A stretch of DNA of 64,000 bases from Candidatus Dormibacteria bacterium (lineage in GTDB: Bacteria; Chloroflexota; Dormibacteria; Aeolococcales; Bog-877), in NCBI GenBank assembly GCA_050734135.1, contig JBOHUG010000054.1, positions 8,189 through 72,188 on the forward strand, written 5' to 3'. The notes beneath the pieces were generated by a model that had not been told where the DNA came from, ran no database searches, and saw nothing but the letters and a program-made list of their open reading frames with translations. Positions 19,606-29,784 of this stretch are shown in pieces. The position numbers and the translations under genes were made by a program. Within the stretch, counting starts at the first letter, position 1, and every line of letters begins with the position of its first letter.

Positions 19606-20703
19606 ATGATTGACAGCCACGTTCACCCAGTCACCGGGGAGGGCGAGGCGCTCGATTTCAGCGCTATCTCCTTGGAAGTGCCGGGGGATAGGGCCGCTCG
19701 AGACCGCCGCGCGCGGGTGGCCCCCGGGCGACTCAGCCAGGAGTTGATGGCGGTGCGGCTGGCTAGCTACCTGTGCTGCGAGGTGGAGGAGCTGGGAGTG
19801 GCCCGGGCCCAGGCCAGCGCTCATTGGCCGGGGTATGTGGCGGGACTCTTTGCCGACGCCCGGATTGAGGGCGTGGTGCTGGACCCCGGCACCTACCTGG
19901 CGGACCCGGCCCCGGGCGCCGCCGAGATGGCCGCGGTCAGCGGGGCGGTGGTCCGCTCGATCATGCGCATCGACCCGCTGGTAGATCTGCTGATCGCCGA
20001 GGGTCAGACAGCAACCGAGATACTTGCCGCTGCCGAGCAGGCGGTGCGCCTGGCGCCTGGGCAGGGATACGTCGGGTTGAAGACGATCCTCGCCTATCGA
20101 ACTGGACTCAAGGTGGACCCGGGCGCCACCCTGAAGGACGCCGACGCCTCCCTGCGCACTACCAAAGAGCTTCCGACCAGACGGCGAGGCAAAGCGCTGC
20201 GAGATCTGATCTGTCGGCAAATGTTGGGCTGGGCCGCCGAGCTCGGACTGCCGATTCAGTTCCATACCGGATTCGGCGATTCGGAGATCCGCCTGAGCGA
20301 GGCCAACCCGCTCTTCCTGGAGGAACTTCTGCTGACTGCGGAGGGGACGGCTGCCACCGTGGTTTTGATCCACGGCGGCTACCCCTGGCACGAGGAGCTG
20401 GCGTATCTGGCGCTGGTCCGTCCCAATGTTTACGCCGAACTCTCGCTCTTCAACCTGTTCGCCCCGGCACGAACCGCGGAGCGGCTGGAGCGGGTGCTGG
20501 AATTGGCACCTGCCTCCCGGGTGCTGTGTGGCACCGACGGGCACGGTGCGCCGGAGTCGTACTGGTACGCCGCCCATGAGCTGAGGGCCGGCTGGGCCGT
20601 GGTGCGCAAGAACTGGGCCGCGCGCGGGGCCCGCAAGGCCTGGCTGTCCGAGTTGGAAGATGCCATTTTCCGAGGTAACACGGCCCGCCTGTATCAGTTC
20701 TAA
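19606..20703 (+). CDS. amidohydrolase family protein (metal-dependent TIM-barrel hydrolase, amidohydrolase-2 like)
   Basis: N-terminal MIDSHVHP metal-binding His pair, plus QFHTGFGD and HGGYPW motifs. Confidence 0.7.
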   Translation: MIDSHVHPVTGEGEALDFSAISLEVPGDRAARDRRARVAPGRLSQELMAVRLASYLCCEVEELGVARAQASAHWPGYVAGLFADARIEGVVLDPGTYLADPAPGAAEMAAVSGAVVRSIMRIDPLVDLLIAEGQTATEILAAAEQAVRLAPGQGYVGLKTILAYRTGLKVDPGATLKDADASLRTTKELPTRRRGKALRDLICRQMLGWAAELGLPIQFHTGFGDSEIRLSEANPLFLEELLLTAEGTAATVVLIHGGYPWHEELAYLALVRPNVYAELSLFNLFAPARTAERLERVLELAPASRVLCGTDGHGAPESYWYAAHELRAGWAVVRKNWAARGARKAWLSELEDAIFRGNTARLYQF

Positions 20704-20866
20704 GACAGAGAACCCCACCCCGGATGGCGACAAGGTCCCCCAGCCACGCGTGGTGCTCGTTTCCGCTTGGTGCCTAGCCATGCGGATCTCGGCGCGAGGG
20801 CGCCGGAGATCGCCGCGTTTGCTGCCGAATGCGAGGGTCACGCGGTGGATGGCCTGTTCGGGGCGT

Positions 20867-21790
20867 TTAGTTGAAGAGCGCGAGCGGCATGCACATGGCC
20901 ACATTCCACATCCCTGCGTCAACCACCTCCAGGATTCGCAGTTGCCCGGCGAGGCTGCAGAGGACATAGGCGTCCTCACGACTCAGTTCGTGTTCCTCAG
21001 ATAGCCAGGTGATCATCGCTCTAGTCGCGGTCTGCGCTCCTTGCATCAGGTCGGGCGCGAGCCCCATCACGCAGTACTCCTCCGATGCCGCCCTGCTCCC
21101 TCCCGCGCCGGGATTGAGGAATGCCGGAGCTGCCAGCGATCGCTTCTGCAGGGTGAAGCGCAAGCTGGCCTGGAGCGGGGATTCCAGGGCTGTGATGCAG
21201 ACCTCGCCGTCCCCCTGAACCGCGTGCGGGTCGCCACACGAGAAGAGGGCTCGGGGAAGGAAGACCGGCAGGTACAGGCGCGACCCCTCGGTCAAATACC
21301 GGTTGTCGATGTTGCCCCCGCCTCGATGCGGAGGAAAAGGTGAGAGCCGCACTCCGCCGCCCGGATTGACGCCCATCGTGCCAAGGAACGGCCGGTAGGG
21401 GATGCGGATTCCGGGGGAGAAGTCAACTCCTAGTTCTGAATCCAATGCGAAGGTACGCAGATAGCCGTCCGGAAAGTCACTTGCGAGTAGGCCGAACCCA
21501 GGCAAAATGGCGGCCCATCCCCACTTGCTGCGCACCAGCTCCAGAACCTCGATGCAGAGCGTATCGCCGGCCTCTGCCCCGACCACCGCAACCGGGCCGC
21601 TCAGGTTGTACATGGTCTCGAAATCGAATCGAACATCGTCAAAGTGGTCGCCGAGCTTGACCTGCCCGGAGCCAGCAACCTGGAGATCGAAGTGGACTAC
21701 GTCGCCCGACTCGACTTCAAGGATCGGCGCTAAGGATTCGTCCCAGTCGTGGTGAATCCGGGCAGAATCGGTGACGTGCTCGCGGCTCAC
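20867..21790 (-). CDS. acetamidase/formamidase (FmdA/AmdA family)
   Basis: 307 aa. FmdA_AmdA-family motifs (NLSGPVAVVGAEAGDTLCIE, GNIDNRYL, CGDPHAVQGDGEVC). GTG start. Confidence 0.8.
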   Translation of the reverse strand: MSREHVTDSARIHHDWDESLAPILEVESGDVVHFDLQVAGSGQVKLGDHFDDVRFDFETMYNLSGPVAVVGAEAGDTLCIEVLELVRSKWGWAAILPGFGLLASDFPDGYLRTFALDSELGVDFSPGIRIPYRPFLGTMGVNPGGGVRLSPFPPHRGGGNIDNRYLTEGSRLYLPVFLPRALFSCGDPHAVQGDGEVCITALESPLQASLRFTLQKRSLAAPAFLNPGAGGSRAASEEYCVMGLAPDLMQGAQTATRAMITWLSEEHELSREDAYVLCSLAGQLRILEVVDAGMWNVAMCMPLALFN

Positions 21791-21792
21791 GC

Positions 21793-22668
21793 TCAGCCTC
21801 CGGATTCTAGGCGAGCCAGGAAGGTGCGCAGGCGCGCTAAGTAAGCGGGGCGCTCCTCGAGAAAGGCGACATGCGCACTGTGCTCGAAGAGAGCCAGTTC
21901 GGCGCCAGGGATAGAGCGGGCCAAGAGCTCCATGTGCTCCGGACGCGCCTCGTCGAAACGGCCACCTGTCACCAAGGTGGGTATCCTGATCTGCCCCAGC
22001 CGATCGACCACCTCGAAGTTGACCAGCTCGCCAGTTACTGGTCCGAATTCGCTGGGACCCCAGAGCGTGGTGTAGACCTCCCCACCGAGGCCATTGAAGG
22101 TTTGCTCGATGCAGTCCGGCCAGGGCGAGAGTCGGCAGAGGTGTCGGCGGTAGAACTCAGCGACTGCGCCCTGATACTCGGGGCAAGCAAAGAATCCTGA
22201 CCGCTCATGGTTCTCCAGCACCGTCTGGACATCAGCTGGTAGCGCGCGTCTCAACTCGGCCGCGTCAGCCAACCAGCGGACAACGCTCACCGGAGTGCTG
22301 CTCAAGATCAGCCCGCGGAGCTGGGGGGCACGCTCGAGCAGGTACTGCAGGGCGAGCATGCCTCCCCAGGAATTACCAAAGAGCACCATCTCGTCGAGTC
22401 CGAGCGCAGTTCGAACCGCGATCAGTTCTTCCACGAAACGCTGCACCGTCCAGGTGATGCTTCCCGCAGCCGCTGGTGATCGGCCGCACCCCAGCTGATC
22501 GTAGAAGATGACCGGACGCTCATCACTGAGGTCGGCGAGAGGCTCCAGATAATCGTGTGGCATCCCCGGTCCGCCGTGAAGGCAGAGGATTGGGGTGCCC
22601 GAGCGATCCTCGCCCGCGATGCAGTACCAAACTCTACCGTCGGCGACATCGATGAACCCTTCAGTCAT
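21793..22668 (-). CDS. proline iminopeptidase (alpha/beta hydrolase, prolyl aminopeptidase family)
   Basis: LHGGPG, GNSWGG nucleophile elbow, and length and architecture of S33 prolyl aminopeptidases. Confidence 0.8.
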   Translation of the reverse strand: MTEGFIDVADGRVWYCIAGEDRSGTPILCLHGGPGMPHDYLEPLADLSDERPVIFYDQLGCGRSPAAAGSITWTVQRFVEELIAVRTALGLDEMVLFGNSWGGMLALQYLLERAPQLRGLILSSTPVSVVRWLADAAELRRALPADVQTVLENHERSGFFACPEYQGAVAEFYRRHLCRLSPWPDCIEQTFNGLGGEVYTTLWGPSEFGPVTGELVNFEVVDRLGQIRIPTLVTGGRFDEARPEHMELLARSIPGAELALFEHSAHVAFLEERPAYLARLRTFLARLESGG

Positions 22669-22710
22669 GGGGCCTTCTGACCGCCGGGTACACGAGGTCG
22701 GCCATCGGCC

Positions 22711-24165
22711 TCAGACCTCGGAGGAGAGCGAGATGCTGGAGAGCTTACGCCGGCTCCGCCACCAGAGGGTCCAGATGATCCCCAGGACGGTCCACCCCAG
22801 CGAGAACCAGACGATGCTGCTACCCGACGCGAAAGGAAGCGAGATCTCCGACACGAAGAACCCCTTGTAGAGGATGTATCCATCGATCCCGATACCCAGG
22901 ACCGGGATGATCCCATTGGTCAACCAGTTGAACTCACTTCGGCGAAATCGGGCGTGGTAGACGATGTTGGCGACATTGACGAAGATGTACAGAATCAGCA
23001 CGAAGAAGACGAAGATCTCCCCGAGGTAGCCATAGGCAAGCGCCACACCGCCCTGCCAGAGGGTGACCGCGAACAGGGCCACTGTCCCAACCACCAGGGT
23101 GGCCACCTCAGCCCGCCAGGGAGTCTGGAACCGTGGGTGAAGCTTGGAGAAGTAATGCCAGACAAACCCTTCTCTGGCAATGGCGTACGTGACTCGGCTG
23201 GCAGCGTATAGGGCCGCGCCGAAGCTGGCGAGAGCCGCGGTGAATCCGGTGATCGGGACCAGTACCGCCCAACCGCCGATGTACTTCTGAGCGATTGGTA
23301 GCACCGGTGTCAGCTGGCCCGCGGTGACGTAGTGCTCCACGGTAGAAACCGGCACCGAAATCGCGAACCCGTAAGAAACCAGCGTCCAGTATCCGCCCGC
23401 AATTAGGGTCATGAGAATGGTCGCCAAGGGAATCAGACGCCGCGGCGTGTGCGACTCCTCTGCGACCGGGGCGATTCCGTCAACTCCTGCGATCGAGAGA
23501 AACGCGAAGATGGCGGCCAAGCTGAGACCCGCGAAGCCCAGGGTTGCCGCTCCGGGGTTGAAAGGCTTGCTTGAGAAATGGCCCAGTGCACCGCCTTTGA
23601 CGACGATGACGATGGCTAGTGCTGCCACAAACGTGCCCTCGATCACCATCAGCACCGAGATGACGGTCGCCGACAGCTTGATGTTGTTGTGTTGCAGATA
23701 ACCGATGATCAGGATCGAGATCACGCCGCCGCCGATGCCGGTCCACGTTGTAGCGCTCAGGTGAAAGTAGGAGAGAAGGGCGTTGAAGAATGTCCCGAAT
23801 GCCGCCGGATAGAGGGCTGCCACCACCACATAGGTGGTGATCATCATCCAGCCCAACCAAAGCCCAACGGCGGGGTATGTGCTCTCCCAGAGCCAGGTGT
23901 ATCCGCTTCCAGCCGACGGTCGACGGTTGTTCATCACCGCGAAACTGACCGCCGTAGGAAGTACGGCGACGGTGATGAGGATAAACAAAAACGGCATGAC
24001 GGGACCGCCGGAGTCAGTCTCCATGAAGCCCATGTTTAGGTAGATGACGGGGGCCAGCGAGAAGTAGGCGAGTCCGATGAAAATCAAACGACGCAGATTC
24101 AGGCTGTTGCGCCGGAGGCCTGGGGTACTGGGTTCGGCGGACTCGTGGGCCGGGATGCTGGCCAC
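22711..24165 (-). CDS. APC family amino acid permease
   Basis: 484 aa polytopic membrane protein. GTG start preceded by AAGGAGGG. Confidence 0.8.
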   Translation of the reverse strand: MASIPAHESAEPSTPGLRRNSLNLRRLIFIGLAYFSLAPVIYLNMGFMETDSGGPVMPFLFILITVAVLPTAVSFAVMNNRRPSAGSGYTWLWESTYPAVGLWLGWMMITTYVVVAALYPAAFGTFFNALLSYFHLSATTWTGIGGGVISILIIGYLQHNNIKLSATVISVLMVIEGTFVAALAIVIVVKGGALGHFSSKPFNPGAATLGFAGLSLAAIFAFLSIAGVDGIAPVAEESHTPRRLIPLATILMTLIAGGYWTLVSYGFAISVPVSTVEHYVTAGQLTPVLPIAQKYIGGWAVLVPITGFTAALASFGAALYAASRVTYAIAREGFVWHYFSKLHPRFQTPWRAEVATLVVGTVALFAVTLWQGGVALAYGYLGEIFVFFVLILYIFVNVANIVYHARFRRSEFNWLTNGIIPVLGIGIDGYILYKGFFVSEISLPFASGSSIVWFSLGWTVLGIIWTLWWRSRRKLSSISLSSEV

Positions 24166-24625
24166 TTTCTCCCTCCTTCTCCGCGGGCGGGTTCGGCGTC
24201 CTCTTTCGACCCCGAAGGGACCGCGCTCCGCCAGGGCGACGCTACTGCGGGAACTGGCTGACTGTCAACCGCATCCGTTTTTGAGAGAAACCCTCGGCTG
24301 GGTTCGGGACGTCTTGCTACGTGCGAGCAGATTCCCGATCAGTTTCGGCGCCGGCCGCTGGCCCCGAGCTCCTTGAGATCGGTGGTGGATTGTTGACATG
24401 GAGACAATCCGGACCGATAATCCCCAGACCACGGGTACTGTCGGGCGGGCTGGGGTTCCAGCAGAGCGAAGTGCCCTGACCGGTTCGGGTCGCACACAGG
24501 AGGGGAGGGCGTGCCAACGGAGCGAAGTGGATGCGTCCGGCCGAGGCTCCCCGGGACCACAAGCCAGCGGCCCCCGGACTCAGGTCGTTGGCACTCCGGA
24601 GCGCTCGGGCAGGGGCATCACCGTC

Positions 24626-25576
24626 GTGGGTGAAGCGGCGGTAGTCGGCCAGACCGACGGGTTGACTGTGCCCCGGTTCGCTGGTCTGACCACATTCGCC
24701 CGCCTACCCCGGCTCGAGGACGTCTCAAGATACGATGTCGCCATCCTCGGCGTGCCCTTCGATGCGGGAACCACCTACCGTCCTGGCGCCCGGTTTGGGC
24801 CCTCCCACGTGAGGGAGTCCTCACGATTGCTCAGGCCGTACCATCCCTACCTCGATGCCGTCCCATTTGACCAGCAGCAGGTAGTTGATGCAGGTGACAT
24901 CAATTGCAACCCCTTCAGCATTGCCGAAGCAATCACGCAGATCCAGTCGGGAGCGACCGCCCTCTTGTCGGGGGGCGGCCGACTGATCACAATCGGTGGT
25001 GACCATACGGTGGCGCTCCCGCTCTTGCGAGCGGTCCACCCCAAGACAGGTCCCGTCGCAGTGGTTCACTTCGACGCCCACCTGGACACCTGGGACACCT
25101 ATTTCGGCGCTCCCTACACTCACGGGACTCCTTTTCGGCGAGCCTCCGAAGAAGGTCTGTTCCGGACGGACCGCTCGATCCACATCGGAATTCGCGGCTC
25201 CATCTATAACCGGACCGATCTGCCTCAGGATGAGAGTCTTGGGTTCGTAACCGTGCACGCCATGGAACTCGAGAGGATCGGCGTCTCCGGGGCAGTGGAG
25301 CGGATCCGTGAGCGGGTTGTTGACACGCCGCTCTACATCTCCATCGACATCGACGTCCTGGATCCTGCCTTCGCACCCGGGACCGGTACACCTGAGTCAG
25401 GCGGACTGAGTTCTCGAGAGTTGCTGGGAATCCTGCGTGGACTAGCAGGGCTCCCAATCGCGTCGGCAGATGTCGTGGAGGTCGCCCCCGCGTACGACCA
25501 CGCTCAGGTGACCGGCATCGCGGCATCCCACGTAATCTACGAGCTGCTGGCGCTTATGGCGACCACACCGCAGTGA
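24626..25576 (+). CDS. ureohydrolase (agmatinase/arginase/guanidino-acid hydrolase family), copy A
   Basis: Binuclear-metal motifs [19 protein letters not shown] and [19 protein letters not shown]. Start set at the GTG before [21 protein letters not shown]. The first 76 codons of the 24398 ORF lack homology. Confidence 0.75.
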   Translation: MGEAAVVGQTDGLTVPRFAGLTTFARLPRLEDVSRYDVAILGVPFDAGTTYRPGARFGPSHVRESSRLLRPYHPYLDAVPFDQQQVVDAGDINCNPFSIAEAITQIQSGATALLSGGGRLITIGGDHTVALPLLRAVHPKTGPVAVVHFDAHLDTWDTYFGAPYTHGTPFRRASEEGLFRTDRSIHIGIRGSIYNRTDLPQDESLGFVTVHAMELERIGVSGAVERIRERVVDTPLYISIDIDVLDPAFAPGTGTPESGGLSSRELLGILRGLAGLPIASADVVEVAPAYDHAQVTGIAASHVIYELLALMATTPQ

Positions 25577-25811
25577 ACGCCGTCGCGGACGCACGGAACT
25601 TATTCCGAGGGCGCTCCAAATTCCCGCCGCCGGCTCCTCGAACGGGCCCTAGAACACGACCGATCGAGCCTCTCACCCACAGGGAACCCGGGTCTAGGTT
25701 TCCTATCTCGGTGGATCTCCCGACTGATCCAGCAAGTGAACTACCGCGGCGGAGTCGAAGGGAGTGGCCGTCCTCGCGGCCTGAGTCGCGCTAATACAGG
25801 AGGAAGGAAGG

Positions 25812-27242
25812 TTGAGCCTAGAAGTTGCGCCGCCGGCGTCTGGAGTTCTTGGCGGAGTGGAGGTAGAGGGCCACAGCATCGACTTCATCCCCGCAAGCGA
25901 GCGCCACGGGAAGCCTTCGCGTCTCTTCTTCATCTGGTGGTCGTCGAACATGCAGATGACCACTGTCCTGACGGGGGTGATCGCGGCTGCGCTGGGACTC
26001 ACTTTTCCCTGGGCAGTTGTGTCGATCATCGTCGGCCTGGCGCTGGGTGGGGTGGTCATGTGCCTGCACATGGTTCAAGGCCCCAGACTCGGGATCCCCC
26101 AAATCCTGCAATCACGCGCGCAGTTTGGATTCACCGGCACGGTGATTCCGGCGGCTGTGGCGATCTTCATGTACGTCGGCTTCTTCGCCACTAGCAATCT
26201 CCTGGGTGGACAGGGAATCACGGCCACTCTCCCCGGAGTACCACTCAGTGTCGGGATCATCATCTGCGCCGCGGTGACGGCCGCCCTGGCAATCTTCGGC
26301 TACAAAGAAATCCACCGTTGGGCGCGGATTTGGGGATACGGCTTCCTTATCGCCTTCTTCGCCCTGACCATCAGCCTCTTCACCCGCGGAAAGGTCCCGT
26401 CCTCCGTTTGGACCTTCGGAAAATTTGACGGCGGACCTTTTCTGCTGATGCTGTCGATCGCTGCCGTGTGGGTAATCTCCTACGCCGTTTACGCTTCCGA
26501 CTACAGCCGCTATCTTCCAGCCGAAGTGCCCGCCCACAAGACCTTTTGGTGGAGCTATGCGGGAGGCAACCTGGCCTCCTTCTGGCTCCTGGCGTTCGGG
26601 GCGCTGCTGGGTGTAATCCTGCCTAAGTCCATCTCGGCGATGATCGCGGTGACAATCTCACTGGTCGGTCCTCTGGGTGTTCCGATGATGTTCATCATCG
26701 CTCTCGGGGTGATTTTTACCGACACTCTCAACGTGTACGGTGCCACTTTGTCCCTGCTCGCCATGACAGAACAGAAGCGGCGGATTCTTGGAATCGGGAG
26801 ACCGTCACGCATCGCGGTAATCCTTGTCATCAGCGCCATCGCCGCGATAATCGGAATCATCGGTTCCGCAAACTTCCTCACCAACTACTCAAATTTCCTC
26901 TCCTTTCTCTTTTACCTGATCATTCCCTGGAGCGCGGTGAACCTGGTCGACTTCTACCTGGTCCAGCACGGCCACTACAGCACTGCCGCGTTCTTCGACG
27001 CGGACGGTCCCTATCGAGGGGTGAAGTGGTACGCGGTGACGGCCTATATGGTGGGCTTCGTCTGCGAGATTCCGTTCATGAGCACCAGCATCCTGACGGG
27101 GCCGGTCGCCCAGCGGTTGAACGGTGGGGACCTCTCTTGGATCGTCGGACTGCTGGTGGCCGGATTGCTCTACCTCGGATTTGTCCGGTTGGGGCTTGTG
27201 GATCGGGGAAGGAGGAGCGCCACGGCGGAAGCCTCGGTGTAG
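25812..27242 (+). CDS. NCS1 family permease (cytosine/purine/uracil/hydantoin transporter family, CodB-like)
   Basis: SERHGKPSRLFFIWWSSNMQMTT N-terminal signature with 12 TM segments. TTG start after AGGAGGAAGGAAGG. Confidence 0.8.
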   Translation: MSLEVAPPASGVLGGVEVEGHSIDFIPASERHGKPSRLFFIWWSSNMQMTTVLTGVIAAALGLTFPWAVVSIIVGLALGGVVMCLHMVQGPRLGIPQILQSRAQFGFTGTVIPAAVAIFMYVGFFATSNLLGGQGITATLPGVPLSVGIIICAAVTAALAIFGYKEIHRWARIWGYGFLIAFFALTISLFTRGKVPSSVWTFGKFDGGPFLLMLSIAAVWVISYAVYASDYSRYLPAEVPAHKTFWWSYAGGNLASFWLLAFGALLGVILPKSISAMIAVTISLVGPLGVPMMFIIALGVIFTDTLNVYGATLSLLAMTEQKRRILGIGRPSRIAVILVISAIAAIIGIIGSANFLTNYSNFLSFLFYLIIPWSAVNLVDFYLVQHGHYSTAAFFDADGPYRGVKWYAVTAYMVGFVCEIPFMSTSILTGPVAQRLNGGDLSWIVGLLVAGLLYLGFVRLGLVDRGRRSATAEASV

Positions 27243-27297
27243 CAGGCTGAGCAGAGTCGTGAGGAGGCGAGTTGGCACCGCTTTTAGAGGAGTCTCG

Positions 27298-27936
27298 GTG
27301 AGCCACGTCGTGGATGACCTACTCGTCGAAGCAACCACCGCGGCCACCATGTCGGTGGCGCGAGGTAGCGTGGTCGAAGTCATCGACGTAGACGGCCAGC
27401 AGGTGGCCGACTTCGTGGCATTCGCGGCTGACGATTTTTCGGAGTGGTTGTCGACGACCCACACTCGGACTGCGCTGATGCGGCTGAAGTTGTCGGTCGG
27501 AGATGAACTCCGGACCAACCGGCGCCGGGCCATGTTCCGGGTGGTTGCAGATGACGTCGGAGTGCATGACCTCCTGATCGCGATGTGCGACCCCGAGCGC
27601 TACGAGCAGGACTTCGGCCTCGTAGGCCATCGCAGTTGCCGATCGAACCTGACCCGCGCCTTCAGCAATTGGAGCTTGGAGAGCTTCCAAATTCCAGATC
27701 CTCTGAACATATTTCAGAACTCGCCCGTGACCGAACTTGGCGAGATGACGACGGTTGAGCCCCTCTCTAGGGCCGGCCAGAAGCTGACCCTAGAGACTTT
27801 GATGGATGTTGTTCTCGGCGTCTCCGCTTGTCCTCAGGACCAGAACCCCTGTAACGGCTGGAACCCGAGCCGAATCCGGGTGCGCGTCCTCAGCGGTGAA
27901 AGAGATAACCCAGGTGGGGTGAGCGTCGGTGGCTGA
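27298..27936 (+). CDS. DUF1989 (urea-carboxylase-associated / carboxyguanidine deiminase-like) family protein
   Basis: 212 aa. Core VVEVIDVDGQQVADFVAF...MCDPERY is typical of DUF1989. GTG start after AGAGGAG. Confidence 0.6.
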   Translation: MSHVVDDLLVEATTAATMSVARGSVVEVIDVDGQQVADFVAFAADDFSEWLSTTHTRTALMRLKLSVGDELRTNRRRAMFRVVADDVGVHDLLIAMCDPERYEQDFGLVGHRSCRSNLTRAFSNWSLESFQIPDPLNIFQNSPVTELGEMTTVEPLSRAGQKLTLETLMDVVLGVSACPQDQNPCNGWNPSRIRVRVLSGERDNPGGVSVGG

Positions 27937-28014
27937 CCCGCGGATGAGAGTCGCGCAACGCGATCAAGGGCCGCGACAGGGGAGCAGTGGCCGCGCGACT
28001 TATCACGTGAAGGA

Positions 28015-28959
28015 TTGAGTATCATCGAACCAGAACGCCTGAATATGCCGTTCACGGGAATCGTCTCCTTCCTGCGGGCACCGGTGTGCCAAGAGATCGA
28101 TGTCCTGGACGCCGACATCGCCATCCTCGGAGTGCCCACCGACGAGGGGTCGCCCTTTATGCCTGGGTCTAGGTTTGGCCCCCGGAGCATTCGCGAGCAC
28201 TCGATGCGCTTCGTTGGTGATCAACCGGGCTTTTATAACCCGCAGACCAAGCGGCGATACCTGGCCGACGAGCTGGGCCGGAATCGTTTGGTAGATGTCG
28301 GAGATGCCGACATCCTGCCGACTAACGTGGCGGGTACCTTCGAGAACGTCACCCGAATGGTGCATCGCGTGCGCGGTCAGGGCGCCATGCCGGTGGTGCT
28401 CGGAGGCGACCACGCGATCTCGTTCCCAGTAGTCCGCGGGTTCGATGAGGATCTCCACGTCGTTCACTTCGATGCCCACCTGGACTACATGCCGTTCGTT
28501 CACGGCTTGGAGTACACCAACCAGCACGCGTTCCGGCAGATCCGCCGCCTGAAGCAGGTCCTGAGCCTGACTCAGGTCGGGATCAGAAGTATTCGAACCA
28601 GCCAGCGGATGATGGACGACACCCTGGGGGATGGCAATCGAGTGGTCACCATGGAGGAGTTCCGTGGCGCACCCGACCTGGTCATCGCAGGATTGCCATC
28701 TGGGGCACCGTGCTACATCAGTATCGATATCGACGTCCTCGACCTACCGCTGGTGCCGGGGTGCGTTTCCGCCGAGCCAGAGGGGATGAGCTACGGGGAG
28801 CTCAGGTCGGCCCTGTTCGCGATCGCCGGCCATATGAAGGTGATTGGCTTCGACCTGGTAGAGGTGAACCCGCTGCTGGATGTCGGCACCGGGGTAACGT
28901 CTTACTTGGCCGCCCACACCATCGTTGAATTGCTCGGGCGGATCAGGACTGGAGTCTAA
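28015..28959 (+). CDS. ureohydrolase (agmatinase/guanidino-acid hydrolase family), copy B
   Basis: Motifs GGDHAISFP, HFDAHLDYMP and [22 protein letters not shown]. The alternative start is MPFTGIV at 28045. Confidence 0.8.
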   Translation: MSIIEPERLNMPFTGIVSFLRAPVCQEIDVLDADIAILGVPTDEGSPFMPGSRFGPRSIREHSMRFVGDQPGFYNPQTKRRYLADELGRNRLVDVGDADILPTNVAGTFENVTRMVHRVRGQGAMPVVLGGDHAISFPVVRGFDEDLHVVHFDAHLDYMPFVHGLEYTNQHAFRQIRRLKQVLSLTQVGIRSIRTSQRMMDDTLGDGNRVVTMEEFRGAPDLVIAGLPSGAPCYISIDIDVLDLPLVPGCVSAEPEGMSYGELRSALFAIAGHMKVIGFDLVEVNPLLDVGTGVTSYLAAHTIVELLGRIRTGV

Positions 28960-29094
28960 CTTTGACCCGGGCGCCCGCTGGCGCGCCCCTAATCTGCGAC
29001 CGCCTTCGAGTGGAGGGAAGTGGCGGAGATGCGATATCTCACCGACCCGGTAACTGATTCGATATTGGACCGCTGACGGCGTGCGTCAGTCGCG

Positions 29095-29784
29095 GTGGTG
29101 ACCATGGCAGGCAGCGGTTTGCCCCAGCTGAGGCCGCTGGATCGGGACAGCACCTCAAGCCGCATCGCGGCCCGGATACGGTCCGCCATTATCAAAGGTG
29201 CACTACCCCCGGGAACTCAGCTGGCGGAGGTGTCGCTAACCCAACGGCTGGGCGTGAGTCGCGGCCCTGTTCGCGAAGCCCTCCAACGGCTCATCCAGGA
29301 AGGCCTGGTGGTGAGTGGCCGCAACCGGGGGGCCTTCGTCGCCGAGCTCGGCTTGAGGCAAATTCAGGATCTGTACCTAACCCGCGCGCTGATCGAGTCG
29401 GCGGTGGCGGAGAAACTCGCCCAGCAAAATGACGTGCGGTCGCTGGAGCCGCTGGAGGAGTCCCTGGCGCGGATTCGACGTGCTAAGTCGAGCGGGATCC
29501 GCGAGCGCGTCACCGAGGCCGACCTGCGATTCCATACAGTTCTGGTCGCCTCCGTGGGGAGCGATCGGCTGAGCCGCGCGTTTGCCACCCTGAGTGCCGA
29601 AACCAGGATCTGTTTGCGGCAGTTGGCTACGGTGTATCCGGAGGGACGAGACGCAGTGGGCGAGCATCGGGCGATCCTCGACGCGATCAAGTCGGGCGAT
29701 TCACTTCGCGCCAGCTTTCTGGTGCGAGAGCACATGGAGGACTCTGTCCAACAGTTGAGCCAGGCCCTATACCCGGCTAACTGA
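29095..29784 (+). CDS. GntR family transcriptional regulator (FadR/FCD subfamily)
   Basis: wHTH QLAEVSLTQRLGVSRGPVREALQRLIQEGLV followed by a C-terminal FCD domain. Confidence 0.8.
   Translation: MVTMAGSGLPQLRPLDRDSTSSRIAARIRSAIIKGALPPGTQLAEVSLTQRLGVSRGPVREALQRLIQEGLVVSGRNRGAFVAELGLRQIQDLYLTRALIESAVAEKLAQQNDVRSLEPLEESLARIRRAKSSGIRERVTEADLRFHTVLVASVGSDRLSRAFATLSAETRICLRQLATVYPEGRDAVGEHRAILDAIKSGDSLRASFLVREHMEDSVQQLSQALYPAN

Noticed and set aside
24398-24625. 76-codon N-terminal extension of the ureohydrolase A ORF.
   Set aside because: No homology to arginase-fold N-termini, and the sequence is Gly/Arg/Pro-rich. The gene most likely starts at the GTG at 24626.
25577-25811. Searched the 235-bp leader before the NCS1 permease, and the 24166-24625 region before ureohydrolase A, for guanidine-I (ykkC), guanidine-II (paired ACGR hairpins) and guanidine-III riboswitch cores.
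   Set aside because: Only weak partial resemblance (CTAGGTTTCC versus the conserved CUAGGGUUCCG). No GGUCCGAGAG element and no paired ACGR-loop hairpins. Not callable without a covariance-model scan.
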